Shown: piece after piece, positions 1-10,115 of the stretch | Position numbering within the stretch: the first letter of the stretch is position 1 | How the letters are laid out: every line of letters starts with the position of its first letter | Source of the DNA: a virus | Taxonomy: Duplodnaviria; Caudoviricetes | Strand: one strand, 5' to 3' | IMG/VR virus record: IMGVR_UViG_3300005804_000004 | Span: 1 to 25,427 of that record | DNA length: 25,427 nucleotides | The notes under the pieces: generated by a model | Told to the model about the DNA's origin: nothing | The model's database searches: none | Seen by the model: the letters and a program-made list of their open reading frames with translations, nothing else | Position numbers and translations under genes: made by a program

Positions 1-24
1 CGTGCCTAATATAGGAGGATCATT

Positions 25-408
25 ATGGCTGATAAATTTACTAGTTTTGGAATTGTTGTAGATCGCAAAGGGCGTGAACATAAGATTTATCCTGCCTTGT
101 TAAAAAAGAAGGATGAATTAAGGCATTTAACTCCAAAGTTTGATGATAATTTTATTCTGTTGAATATTATGATGCCACAGCGCAATGATGAAGGCCAAAT
201 TGAAACTGATTGGGACGGTCAAATCGAGTGGTCTGACGAGGCCTACGATGCAATGATGGAAGTCCTAATGATGGCATTTGACTATAAATACACTCGTGAG
301 CAAATTGAAGAGTTCGTGGATGTCGCCATGATCCCAAAGATTCTTGATATTTTCTATGATCTGAGTGGTTATAGAAAAAAGTTAGCGGAGGCACAGAGGA
401 AGAAGTAG
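25..408 (+). CDS. Phage tail assembly chaperone (lambda gpG-like), 127 aa
   Basis: GGAGG RBS at 14-18; acidic ORF upstream of the tape measure gene; slippery heptamer A AAA AAG at 375-381 near its 3' end. Confidence 0.8.
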   Translation: MADKFTSFGIVVDRKGREHKIYPALLKKKDELRHLTPKFDDNFILLNIMMPQRNDEGQIETDWDGQIEWSDEAYDAMMEVLMMAFDYKYTREQIEEFVDVAMIPKILDIFYDLSGYRKKLAEAQRKK

Positions 409-614
409 AGTGGGATGTACTCTATGCCTCGTTAATTCAAAATACAAGTCTAAGGATGAAAGACATCATGGACTTATCCATCCCACAACTTGAAATGCTA
501 ATTGATGGTATTTCCAAGAATAATAAGAAGGCGCAAGAGGCAATGGATGGCATTGAAACAGGCAATGCTCAAGACCTTTTGGCTTACTTAGATCAGAACG
601 GTGGGGAATTGTAA
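25..614 (+). CDS. Frameshifted tail assembly chaperone (gpGT-like); -1 frame 381..614 encodes VSGGTEEEVEWDVLYASLIQNTSLRMKDIMDLSIPQLEMLIDG...QNGGEL*
   Basis: In-frame X XXY YYZ site (aga aaa aag). The -1 frame is open to TAA at 612-614 and fills the gap before the tape measure gene; not in the ORF track. Confidence 0.8.
375..381 (+). promoter_or_regulatory. -1 programmed ribosomal frameshift slippery site A AAA AAG
   Basis: Same heptamer as the E. coli dnaX frameshift site, correctly phased in the chaperone ORF. Confidence 0.8.
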
Positions 615-630
615 TCCCCACCATTTTTTT
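600..630 (+). terminator. Intrinsic terminator-like hairpin between chaperone and tape measure genes
   Basis: GGTGGGGA (600-607) / TCCCCACC (615-622) perfect 8-bp stem followed by ATTTTTTT. Confidence 0.65.
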
Positions 631-653
631 ATTTATAGCGAAGAGGTGATGGC

Positions 654-3600
654 ATGAGTATTGATAGGCAAGTTAAGGTGAATTTACTACTTGAGGCCTC
701 CCAAGCATTACAAAGCATTGAACGACTAAATAATCTGCTTAAAGAAATCTCTTCGGTCAATATTGGCTCGGTAAACAAGCAACTGCAAGCATTGGGTCAA
801 TCTACTTCGAGCTTGGCGAAACCAATGAGCGATATTCAGAAGGCTGCAGCAGAAACAGCAGCTTCGCTCAATAAAATGACCTCACAAGCAGCGCAGTCAC
901 AAAGACAACAATTGCAATCCTACAAGCAGCAATTGATTGAAATTAAGAAAGAAGCAGAGCAGATTTGGAAAAACGGTGGCGATATGTCCGGCGTATCCCT
1001 GCGTTTTCATGGTGTAACCAGAGAGATTTTAGATATGCGGAAGGCGATGGGTGACTTATCTGTAAGCCTGGAAAAGACTTATTGGGAGAAGTTTATCCGT
1101 GGCCTATCAGAAGGAAACCCAATACTGGCACAGGGAAAGCAGCGTATTGCCGAGCTTAAGGCTGAGATGCGTGAATTGAATGAGATTGGCAAGTTGCCAA
1201 GTGCGCCAACTGTGACAAGCACAGGCTTTACTGTTCCAAATAGCTTCAGCGGATATAAGCAGCTTTTGCGTGAGCTGCAAACAGAGGCCGAATATTTCCA
1301 CCAGAAAATGAAGAACGCCAATAGTGAGGCTTCACGGCGTGATGCTGAAAATCAGCTTATTCGGGTTGAACGGCAAATTGAAACAGTAAACGCAGAAGCA
1401 GACTCTTTTAATAAGCGCATGAGTGCTTTAAATAAGTCATTCTTTGATATGGACTACATTACCAGTAAGATGAAATCTCACTTAATGTGGATTGGTACGG
1501 GTATGTTGCTTAGTGGGGCGTTTGCTATTCCTAGCTCTATGGTTGAGAACATTAAGAACATTGAGCAAGGCATGGCAGGTATGAGGCAGACGATGCATCA
1601 TTCCCTAGATACGCAGGAGAAGCTCAATAAGGCAACACATGAGTTTATCGGCATTGCTGCTCAGTACGGTGAAAAGATCGAGGATATCATTGAGGCCGGT
1701 AAGCTGTGGTCACGAGCCTATAAGGATATGGGGATGGTTCAAGCGTTCATGCATACATCTGCTGTACTTGCAGTAGCGGATAATTTCTCGATGGTTGAGG
1801 CCAACAGAGCGTTAGAGGCAACAATGGCTCAGTTAGGGTGGCAAGCGAAAAATACTGCAGAGGCATATGCTTATTCTATGCGTATTGCTGACTCGTGGAC
1901 TTGGGTAGCTCACAACGCCCAGGTATCCGCTAACGATCTTGCAATGGCAAATGAGCGATCTGCTGCATCGGCTCGTATGGTTGGCGTAGAATTTGACGCT
2001 CTACAGGGGTTGATTGCTGCAGGTGTAAAGAACACTGGTAGATCGGGCGCAGAGATCGGCAATATGCTGAAAACCGTATTCGGTTCTATTCACACTGATA
2101 AGGCCATTGAGGAAATTGAAGCCCTCGGTGTTTCCATGTATCAGGTTGGCGAGAACGGTCAAAAAGAGTTCCGCAAGGTGCAGGATGTGCTGCTTGACTT
2201 GGCGCAAGCAACCAGAGACACCGACAAGAACATTGAGGAAGTTATGAAGGCAGCAGCAGGTGGTAAATTCCAATGGTCTAAATTTGCAGCAGCCATGAAC
2301 TATCGTGACATTATTGATGCAATGTCGCTATCGGTTAACTCTGCAGGTGAGGCATCCAAGCAGGCAGCAATGCAGCTTGACACTATTGCTCGTAAGGCAG
2401 AGGCAGTGAAGTCTAACTTGCAACAGGCAATTATGAGTACTGGTGATGCTGGCCTAACCTCTATTATTAAAGGTACATTGGATTTGATCAACCGTTTCCT
2501 TGAGGGATTGCAAAACATTCCAAGAGGTGCTGTTTATGCAGCCGGGGCGTTTGGTGCAATTACGACAGCAGCTTATGTGCTACGCAGTATCCTTTCCAGT
2601 ATGAATACGGCGGTTGTCACTTGGAATGCTGCTCAAACTGCAATGACGGCTAGAGCAGGTGTTGCAAGTGGGGCTTTGATGGCAGAGGCCGGAGCAGCTA
2701 ATGTTGCAACTGCATCCATGACACGACTTGGTATTGCAACCACTGTTGCAACTGCCGGGTTAAATATACTGGTTGGTATGCTCGTTACGCTTGGAGCATC
2801 TATGGCAGGGTACGCTATGTTTAGCGACAATGCCAATGCCATTATGGAGGAAACCATTGAAAAGAATAATAAGCTAATTGGGGCTAAGACGGAGGAAATT
2901 GAGATCACCAAGAAGCAAGGCGAATTCCTTGAAACATTGGAGAGCAATTACTTTAGGCTTCAAGACGCTCTTGTTCAGTATCAGGGTAATGCCGAAAAGA
3001 CAAAGGCCATCGAAACCGATATGCAAGCAACCAAGAAGGCTTTGATGGAAACGATTGATAATGAGGGTAAAACTATCATCGAAAATGAGGGCATTACTAG
3101 AGAATCCTTCCAAAGAGTTCGTGATGCTCATGCTCAAAAGGTTTCTTCAATGACTCAAGACCTTCAGCAGATGAAGACTGCACAAGTCCAATACCTTGAA
3201 GATCAAGCAAAGATTATTGATGCGAGGATCGAGGACTATTGGCGTGAGGCTAATCAATTCAATGATAGCATCATGGCACGAATTAGAGGGCTTGGCCTAC
3301 TGAAGACCGCAGAGCTTAAATACCATGAATGGAGAGCAGGGGCAAACAAGCAGGATGCAGCATATTGGACAGCAATGGCTGACATGGAGGAAAATCCAGA
3401 TGTTAAGGCCAGATTTATGGCAGAAGCCAGAAAGTCTGAAAGTGCTGCTGAATACCACCGTAAGGCAGGAGAGGATCTTTATGCCGAACCTCTCCGTGAG
3501 CTGCAAGAACAGAAATATAAGATCGAGAAAGAACTTATGGCTCTTAAGCATGGTGGCAACTATAGCTTTACTCCTTCCAATGTATATGGTGGAAGTACCG

Positions 3601-4991
3601 TTCCAGAAAAGGAAGACAAAAGCAAAGATAAGAATGCTGCTAGTTATGGTCATCAGCCAAACTGGGATCAAGCGAGAGAACGGCAGAAGTGGAAACAACA
3701 AGAGGCCGAGCTATTTACCAAGTTAGAGCAACAGGCTGACAAGTATTCCGCTACTCTTGACACCCTTCGTACAAACGAAGAGCTTTATGGTCAAACTGCC
3801 GAAAATAGCACAAAGAGATTGGAGGCCTATAAGACACGGAAAGATCAGTTAAGTGAAGACCTTAAGGAGATATCGGCATTAAAGGCTGACTTTGAGGCAA
3901 AGCTCCTTGAGAAGTTTGATTCTGATGCTGATTGGGTGTCAAAGATGGCTGATCTGGGCAAAACATGGAATGAAATGACCAAGCAGCAGCGGATCGATGC
4001 CATTGCCCTTCACAAGGACTATAAGGAGAACCGGGAGGATATAGAAGTCCTACTGCAGCTAATCGAGAAGTTAAAACGCAAGGAGTCTGATATTAGCAAA
4101 GAGGGCGTGAAGGTTGATAACGATATCCGGCAAGTAACTATTGGCAAATCTCAAAACAAAGAGGAGATTTACAATAATAAAATCCGTGATATTGAAAGCA
4201 AGGCACGAAACGAAGTGGATCGGCTCAATCCTTATAGCCCCATGTATAGTGTTCAGACAGATATGATTAACCTCAAGGCTGCAGAGGATAGATTGCAAGC
4301 TATCAGGGATCGCATTAAGGAAGTTACCGCTGAAATGGAGGAATCCAAGAGGACTGGCAATCAGTTAAGCTTTGAGAGGGCAAGCAAGGAGTTCGACTCT
4401 TTGGGTAGGGAAGCCTCACAGGCCAAAAGCGAAATCCAAGGATTGAAAGACAAGCTGAATTCTGTTAAGCAGGGGCTTGCTGATACATTCTTGGATATGG
4501 CTCAAAATGGCAATAGCTTTAAAGAAGTCTGGAAGAAGCTGTGGAATGATCTAGCTAAAGATGCTCTTTATGCACTGCTGAAGATTAAAAATAATTCCCC
4601 AAGCATCCTTACTCAAGTGCTTGGGCTATTTGGCAGTGGGGGAAAAACTGGTACGAGCAAGCCAGCTACTCAACACAATGGTGGTGATGTAACATTCCCC
4701 AAGATGCATAGCGGTGGCGATGTAATTGGTCATAGTATTGTTCCTAATTTGCGGTCTGACGAGGTTGTTAGGACGCTGCAGGTTGGTGAAGAGGTTAATA
4801 GTATACAGCAAAGGAGATCGAATGAAATCCTTGGTGCTGTCGCAATGAAGGCCTTGGATGTTAACAATTCAAGACCGAACAACATTGTTATTCAAGCCGT
4901 TGACTCTCGATCCTTTGTGGAGTACTTGGATAATCATGGCGCAGCATTAGTATCTATTCTTCGCAAACAAAATGCGTTGGGAAATAGGTAA
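654..4991 (+). CDS. Phage tail tape measure protein, 1445 aa
   Basis: GAGGTG RBS; long Ala-rich helical/coiled-coil protein with TP901-type core (TGRSGAEIGNMLKTVF), hydrophobic segments and C-terminal HSGG...DEVVRTLQVGEEV motif; follows the chaperone. Confidence 0.92.
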   Translation: MSIDRQVKVNLLLEASQALQSIERLNNLLKEISSVNIGSVNKQLQALGQSTSSLAKPMSDIQKAAAETAASLNKMTSQAAQSQRQQLQSYKQQLIEIKKEAEQIWKNGGDMSGVSLRFHGVTREILDMRKAMGDLSVSLEKTYWEKFIRGLSEGNPILAQGKQRIAELKAEMRELNEIGKLPSAPTVTSTGFTVPNSFSGYKQLLRELQTEAEYFHQKMKNANSEASRRDAENQLIRVERQIETVNAEADSFNKRMSALNKSFFDMDYITSKMKSHLMWIGTGMLLSGAFAIPSSMVENIKNIEQGMAGMRQTMHHSLDTQEKLNKATHEFIGIAAQYGEKIEDIIEAGKLWSRAYKDMGMVQAFMHTSAVLAVADNFSMVEANRALEATMAQLGWQAKNTAEAYAYSMRIADSWTWVAHNAQVSANDLAMANERSAASARMVGVEFDALQGLIAAGVKNTGRSGAEIGNMLKTVFGSIHTDKAIEEIEALGVSMYQVGENGQKEFRKVQDVLLDLAQATRDTDKNIEEVMKAAAGGKFQWSKFAAAMNYRDIIDAMSLSVNSAGEASKQAAMQLDTIARKAEAVKSNLQQAIMSTGDAGLTSIIKGTLDLINRFLEGLQNIPRGAVYAAGAFGAITTAAYVLRSILSSMNTAVVTWNAAQTAMTARAGVASGALMAEAGAANVATASMTRLGIATTVATAGLNILVGMLVTLGASMAGYAMFSDNANAIMEETIEKNNKLIGAKTEEIEITKKQGEFLETLESNYFRLQDALVQYQGNAEKTKAIETDMQATKKALMETIDNEGKTIIENEGITRESFQRVRDAHAQKVSSMTQDLQQMKTAQVQYLEDQAKIIDARIEDYWREANQFNDSIMARIRGLGLLKTAELKYHEWRAGANKQDAAYWTAMADMEENPDVKARFMAEARKSESAAEYHRKAGEDLYAEPLRELQEQKYKIEKELMALKHGGNYSFTPSNVYGGSTVPEKEDKSKDKNAASYGHQPNWDQARERQKWKQQEAELFTKLEQQADKYSATLDTLRTNEELYGQTAENSTKRLEAYKTRKDQLSEDLKEISALKADFEAKLLEKFDSDADWVSKMADLGKTWNEMTKQQRIDAIALHKDYKENREDIEVLLQLIEKLKRKESDISKEGVKVDNDIRQVTIGKSQNKEEIYNNKIRDIESKARNEVDRLNPYSPMYSVQTDMINLKAAEDRLQAIRDRIKEVTAEMEESKRTGNQLSFERASKEFDSLGREASQAKSEIQGLKDKLNSVKQGLADTFLDMAQNGNSFKEVWKKLWNDLAKDALYALLKIKNNSPSILTQVLGLFGSGGKTGTSKPATQHNGGDVTFPKMHSGGDVIGHSIVPNLRSDEVVRTLQVGEEVNSIQQRRSNEILGAVAMKALDVNNSRPNNIVIQAVDSRSFVEYLDNHGAALVSILRKQNALGNR

Positions 4992-5034
4992 AATTTTTAA
5001 AAATAGTGCATAGACTCCCTAAGAATATATATAT

Positions 5035-5064
5035 GAGGGGTTTTAATTAACCCCTCTATATTTA
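5035..5064 (+). terminator. Hairpin downstream of tape measure gene (weak terminator or RNA processing/stability element)
   Basis: GAGGGGTT (5035-5042) / AACCCCTC (5049-5056) followed by TATATTTA in an AT-rich spacer. Confidence 0.4.
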
Positions 5065-5078
5065 TGTGTGGTGATTAT

Positions 5079-5489
5079 ATGGATTGGGCAAAATACATTG
5101 GCATACCTTGGAAGTTTAATGGATCGGATTATGATGGTTGTGATTGCCTTGGTCTACTACGAATTGTTGCAAGAGAGCAAGGGTGGCAAGAACAATTTGA
5201 TGATGGCAAGCCAATCGAGAAGGATTGGTTTAAGAAAGAGCCATTAAGACTACTAAGATACCTGTATCGCCACTTTGACAAGATCGATGAAGTCGATCAG
5301 TTGAGGGAGGGCGATATTATTTATTTTCGGATTAATGGCGAGGGGCATACCGGGATTTGGATCGGGTACGGCAAGTTCATAGAGCAATTCCCGGTTCAAC
5401 ACCCTATGCTGAAGTCTAGTACGCACATACAGCGTTTCAGCAAAATTAAAAACCACTTCATATGTGGCTTTAGAAGGAGGGATGGTTGA
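5079..5489 (+). CDS. NlpC/P60 family tail-associated peptidase (like the lambda gpK C-terminal domain)
   Basis: YIGIPW...GCDCLGL (catalytic Cys) and GDIIYF...HTGIWIG (His); start moved to ATG 5079 on the basis of a GGTG RBS. Confidence 0.85.
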   Translation: MDWAKYIGIPWKFNGSDYDGCDCLGLLRIVAREQGWQEQFDDGKPIEKDWFKKEPLRLLRYLYRHFDKIDEVDQLREGDIIYFRINGEGHTGIWIGYGKFIEQFPVQHPMLKSSTHIQRFSKIKNHFICGFRRRDG

Positions 5490-5857
5490 TGGCTAATGAG
5501 ATTCAAGAACTGACGATTAAGCCAAGAGGCGAAAGACGCTTAAAGCCCCGATGGGTTAATAAATCGGTTGAGTTTGAAACAGGCAAGATTCAAGTGCATG
5601 GCATCTCTACCGCACCGACCTACTTCTGGGAGCTTAAGTTTACCGGGACGATGGATGTTGGCAATGCGCTTGAGGACTTCTTTAATGAGCATTGTGGTTC
5701 TCGCAAGGCATTCTATTGGACTGATGGCAAGGGAGTAAGGAGAACAGTTCGGTTCGCCCAGGATGAGTTAGACATGACTGAGAAGTGGGGGTTCACTGAA
5801 AACGGATATGAGCCTGTCGCCTTTGATTGCACGGTCATGCTGCGAGAGGTGAGTTAA
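5489..5857 (+). CDS. Distal tail / minor tail protein (lambda gpM-like)
   Basis: AGGAGG at 5475-5480; FFNEHCGSRKAFYWTD resembles the gpM FL..HGG.K.FLWT motif; size and position fit. Confidence 0.7.
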   Translation: MANEIQELTIKPRGERRLKPRWVNKSVEFETGKIQVHGISTAPTYFWELKFTGTMDVGNALEDFFNEHCGSRKAFYWTDGKGVRRTVRFAQDELDMTEKWGFTENGYEPVAFDCTVMLREVS

Positions 5858-6696
5858 TGAGTAGAATACTTCCTATAAAATTTCAGGAGGCCAAGGAGGC
5901 CTCCGAAAACTTTTTTATAGAGCTTTATCGCATCAATCTCAAGTCTGGTATGTTAAGGTTCGCTGCCTGTGATCAAGATATTACCTTTGCCGGGGAGAAG
6001 TACTTGGCTGTTCCAATTGAGAGGACTGACTACACTCAAACAGTTGATCCGAAGGTTGATAATTTGGAATTGAGGATAGGCAATGTCGATCAGGGCATTA
6101 CGCAAGCTGTCTTTGGTGGGCTAGACTTCAGAGGGCGAGAATGCGAGCTTATCCGAATTATGTATCCTGACTCTGTAGTTCAAGATGGTGATACGCCAGA
6201 AGATATTGAGGTGAAAAATGGGCTATATTTGCCTGTGTTCTGTGGCGTACTAGATTCACCATATATGAACAATACGGAGTTTAAGGTTAGTGTTCTTGCT
6301 AAAGCACCAACGCAGGATGCGCCCAATAGAAAGTGCCAGTTAAGCTGCAATGCTGTTTTTGCTGATCCAGATGAATGTGGTGTTAGCAAGATTGTTCGTA
6401 GTGGCACAGTTGGCGAGGGATCAACGCAAAGTCACATCGTAGACAGTGGTCGCACTGAAGAAAGTGGCTTTTGGCAGGACGGAATCGTTACTCTTGGCTT
6501 TGAGAGTAGAAGAGTCAATCGATATGAAAACGGCATAGTGTATCTTGAATATCCATTTGTCGGGGTTGTTTCTGGCAGCTACCTTATCGAGCAGGGGTGC
6601 GATAAGACATTCAAGACCTGCAAAGAAAGGTTTAATAACGGGCGAAACTTTAGCGGATTTCCAAGCATTCCGTTTGAGATCGTAATTAAGTCGTAA
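5857..6696 (+). CDS. Tail tip hub protein, gpL / BR0599 (DUF2163)-like, probable Fe-S cluster
   Basis: Coupled TAATG start with GAGGTG RBS; CQLSCNAVFADPDECG and C-terminal GCDKTFKTCKERFNNGRNFSGFPSIP signature. Confidence 0.85.
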   Translation: MSRILPIKFQEAKEASENFFIELYRINLKSGMLRFAACDQDITFAGEKYLAVPIERTDYTQTVDPKVDNLELRIGNVDQGITQAVFGGLDFRGRECELIRIMYPDSVVQDGDTPEDIEVKNGLYLPVFCGVLDSPYMNNTEFKVSVLAKAPTQDAPNRKCQLSCNAVFADPDECGVSKIVRSGTVGEGSTQSHIVDSGRTEESGFWQDGIVTLGFESRRVNRYENGIVYLEYPFVGVVSGSYLIEQGCDKTFKTCKERFNNGRNFSGFPSIPFEIVIKS

Positions 6697-6709
6697 AGGA
6701 GGTGAGGTC

Positions 6710-9700
6710 TTGGGCAAGAGTCGTGGCAAGAAGATATTAAGCGTAGTCGGTTTTGCATTCGGTATGGCAAACCCGGCTATGTTTGGTGTTGGTGCTACAG
6801 CATGGTCTACTGGCGCACTAATGGCAGGTCTATATGGTGCGAGCCTTGGTGGCACTCTGTGGAGTGTAATGCATCCACCAAAGACAGAACAGGATTACAG
6901 TCGCTTTGATACAGTGATGAACACAATCAGTACAGAGGCGACGATCACTGTGATTTATGGCATTCGCAAATGGGGTGGCAATCAATCTTGGCACAAAACC
7001 GAGGATGATAATAAGCGAGTCATTAAGGATATTATTATTTGCGAAGGCGAAATAGACAGTATCTACGATCTGAGGGCTAATGATGTAAAGATCGGTGGAT
7101 TGGACAGCAGGGCAACGCTTGAGAACAATGTTGTTCGACACATCATAAAGGACTACTCTATGGCGCAAGATTACCTTGATGCCATCATGGATGAGCAATC
7201 AGATAACCATGTTAATAATTGCTCCTATGTTTTTCATAATGGCGCACCAAACCAAGACCCTCCTAGTAACTGGGAAACAGTCGGTGGCTACAAGAATTGT
7301 GCTTGGTTGAGAGCCACATTGAACCTGTCTGAGAAGCTACAGGGCGGTAACCCCAATATTACCATGCTTGTTAAAGGTAAGAAGGTTTGGGTTTATCGAA
7401 AAAACAGCTCAACAGGCAAGTATGAGTGGTTCTATGAATGGTCAGACAATCCAATTTGGTGTACAAGGGACTTTATGATCAGTGGGCGGTATGGCCTCGG
7501 ACGGTTTATCGATGGGGATATGTTTGATTTGGATGAGCTTGTGGAGGCTGCTGAATATTGTGATCAGAAGGTTACTCGCACTATAACAACGCTATTGAGC
7601 AGCGTTTCTCAGATTGATCGCCACATTGCAGAGGCGCAAGAAGCTCTCGCCGAAAACCCTAATGATAGTGATTTAATCAATAAGATTATTGCTATGCAAA
7701 ATGCAAGGCAGCAATACATCAATGGTCAAATTGATTCAGCACAAGTTGTTGTTACCGAAAAGCGATTCACCTTAAATATGATTATTGACCAACAAAGGTC
7801 TGCCACAGACATCTTGGGGGAAATCCTCTCGAACTTTGGTGGATATTTGGTTTGGAACAATGATAAGCTCTCGATTCGCATCGAGAAATCAACCATCCCA
7901 TCGTATAGCTTTTCGGATGACCAAATTGTAAAAGACTCGATGGAGATAACCCAAACGCCATTATCCGAAACTCCGAACAGATATAGAGTTGGATATTTTG
8001 ATCCCCTCAATAACTGGACTCAAGTTAAGATTCTGATGGAGGACACAGGCGATCAACAAGAGCGCAATAGGATCATTAGCAAGGATGTAACTCTGTCAGG
8101 CGTTGTTAGTCAGGGACAAGCATTGAGGTTAAGCAGGTTCTTTAAAGACCTTAATCGTGTATGCTCCTTGGTTGTTAGCTTTTCAACCGCAACATATGCA
8201 ATGCATCTTGAGTGCGGTGATGTGATTAATATTACTTGGAATGGCATATTTGAGAATAAGCCATTTAGGATTCTTGAGATAGCTGACAATGGTTATGGCC
8301 TTTATAAGATTAAGGCAAGAGAATATAATGACTCCATTTACAACGATGATTTGGGAGCAGAAATCTCAAGCCCTAATTACCTGACCGTTCCGAGTCCTTT
8401 GACTGATCGAGTGCCGGATGTTACGAACCTTTCTCTTAGTGAGGTTTATTATGTCCAAAAAACTGGGGCTTTAGTGTCGTATGTGCAGGGAACTTGTGAT
8501 CTACCTGGCTACACATACTTTCGTCATGCGGTTGTCGAATATAGTGATGACGAGATGCAAAATTGGCACTACCTTGGCACAGTAATTGATGGCAGCTTCA
8601 TTATCCCAAATGTTCAGATCGGCAAAAAATACTACGCTAGGGTTAAGGTTGAAAACACAATAGGCCGTAGATCGTCTGGAGTCATTTCGGCAGGATGCTT
8701 GGTCGAGGGCAAGAATCAGCCACCTAGCAATGTAGATGCCTCTAAATTCCAATATCAGCCCGTATCTGGTGGCTTTTTGTTGACATGGGAGGCTGTAAGC
8801 GATCCAGACCTAGATGGATACGACATCTATCAAGGCGAGAATGGATCATCTATGGCAAGCTCTGTGAGGATTGCAAACAAGCTCTATAGCACTAGCCTAT
8901 TTGTTCCAATTACTAAGGCAGGCGTTTATAGTTTCCACATTGTTGCGGTTGATACATCTGGCAATGTGTCGCAGCTCCCGGCCACCATTTTGGCGCAGTT
9001 TAATGCTCCACCCAATGTTGAGGGGTTTGATGTAGTCATTAACGGCGATGATCTTGATTTCAGATGGCAACCAATTAGCCAAAGTGGCATTCGCTATGAG
9101 ATTCGCCGGGGCGAAGCATGGGGCTATGGGGAACTGATCGGAAAAACAGCAAATGCTTTCTACCGAATCCTATTCCCGGCAAGTGGTAACCATGACTTTT
9201 GGATTAAGGCTATTGATGCTTACGGCAACTACTCCGAGAGTGCAACCCACGCAACAATAACCACGCAGTCATCGATTAATCGAAACATGATTAAAGGTGT
9301 CGATGAGGTTGTTAATGGATGGAATGGCACAAAGATTAACTTCGATGTAGTTGATAACGGCCTCAAGATGGTCAATATGGCTATACGAGGTGAGTATATT
9401 GCCGACATCGACCTGCTGAAAACCTATCTAGCACGAAACTGGATTGACACTAGCGTTACTGGCATTAGTGGTCAGGAAATCGCTTGGGATATGGCGACAT
9501 TCACTTGGGGCAGCGCAGAGGCCAATTCTCCTTGGAAGAGTACGGCAGACATTGATGGGACAACAATCAAACATCAGATTGCCTATTGGAAGGGCGTAAA
9601 CGCCGATGTGGTTGAATCGTTCTCTATGAATGATTCTCTAACTGGTACTAAAGGGATCGCACCATCTCAAAGCCTTGGGGTGACATACGAAGATGGTAGA

Positions 9701-10096
9701 TTTAAGAATGGCGTAAGGGTTAAGGACACAACAAAAATCTCTTACTCTGTTGCTATTCCATCGACATTTAGCACGATGTTTAATCTGAAGATCGGCGATC
9801 TGAAAGACAGTGCGGTATACCTGACACTAGTTGGATCGGGAGGCAAGCTCTGGGTCGGTTACGATACAAAGACAAAGAGATTCTACTTGAAGGACAGTAA
9901 CAATAAATTCCTAGAGGTTGAATGTACCACTGCCTCTCAGGGCGATTATGTGACTATCGGTATTTGCCAAACACTGACTCAGCGTAGATTCTTTGTAAAG
10001 TCATATAGTTCCAATGTAGCTGTAAGTGCCGAGGGAGATTATGCACCCCTTGGGAACTTTACGGCTATTTATTTATATCCATATCAACTTGTTTAA
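6710..10096 (+). CDS. Tail tip / host-specificity protein (lambda gpJ-like) with fibronectin-III-like domains, 1128 aa
   Basis: TTG start with AAGGAGGTGA RBS; VIYG..K.GG, WSDNPIWC..D, YCDQ..EKRFTLN and LECGDVI motifs; FN3-like segments (LTWEAVSDPDLDGYDIY, FWIKAIDAYGNYS). Confidence 0.88.
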   Translation: MGKSRGKKILSVVGFAFGMANPAMFGVGATAWSTGALMAGLYGASLGGTLWSVMHPPKTEQDYSRFDTVMNTISTEATITVIYGIRKWGGNQSWHKTEDDNKRVIKDIIICEGEIDSIYDLRANDVKIGGLDSRATLENNVVRHIIKDYSMAQDYLDAIMDEQSDNHVNNCSYVFHNGAPNQDPPSNWETVGGYKNCAWLRATLNLSEKLQGGNPNITMLVKGKKVWVYRKNSSTGKYEWFYEWSDNPIWCTRDFMISGRYGLGRFIDGDMFDLDELVEAAEYCDQKVTRTITTLLSSVSQIDRHIAEAQEALAENPNDSDLINKIIAMQNARQQYINGQIDSAQVVVTEKRFTLNMIIDQQRSATDILGEILSNFGGYLVWNNDKLSIRIEKSTIPSYSFSDDQIVKDSMEITQTPLSETPNRYRVGYFDPLNNWTQVKILMEDTGDQQERNRIISKDVTLSGVVSQGQALRLSRFFKDLNRVCSLVVSFSTATYAMHLECGDVINITWNGIFENKPFRILEIADNGYGLYKIKAREYNDSIYNDDLGAEISSPNYLTVPSPLTDRVPDVTNLSLSEVYYVQKTGALVSYVQGTCDLPGYTYFRHAVVEYSDDEMQNWHYLGTVIDGSFIIPNVQIGKKYYARVKVENTIGRRSSGVISAGCLVEGKNQPPSNVDASKFQYQPVSGGFLLTWEAVSDPDLDGYDIYQGENGSSMASSVRIANKLYSTSLFVPITKAGVYSFHIVAVDTSGNVSQLPATILAQFNAPPNVEGFDVVINGDDLDFRWQPISQSGIRYEIRRGEAWGYGELIGKTANAFYRILFPASGNHDFWIKAIDAYGNYSESATHATITTQSSINRNMIKGVDEVVNGWNGTKINFDVVDNGLKMVNMAIRGEYIADIDLLKTYLARNWIDTSVTGISGQEIAWDMATFTWGSAEANSPWKSTADIDGTTIKHQIAYWKGVNADVVESFSMNDSLTGTKGIAPSQSLGVTYEDGRFKNGVRVKDTTKISYSVAIPSTFSTMFNLKIGDLKDSAVYLTLVGSGGKLWVGYDTKTKRFYLKDSNNKFLEVECTTASQGDYVTIGICQTLTQRRFFVKSYSSNVAVSAEGDYAPLGNFTAIYLYPYQLV

Positions 10097-10115
10097 TTTT
10101 AGGAGGATGATAATT

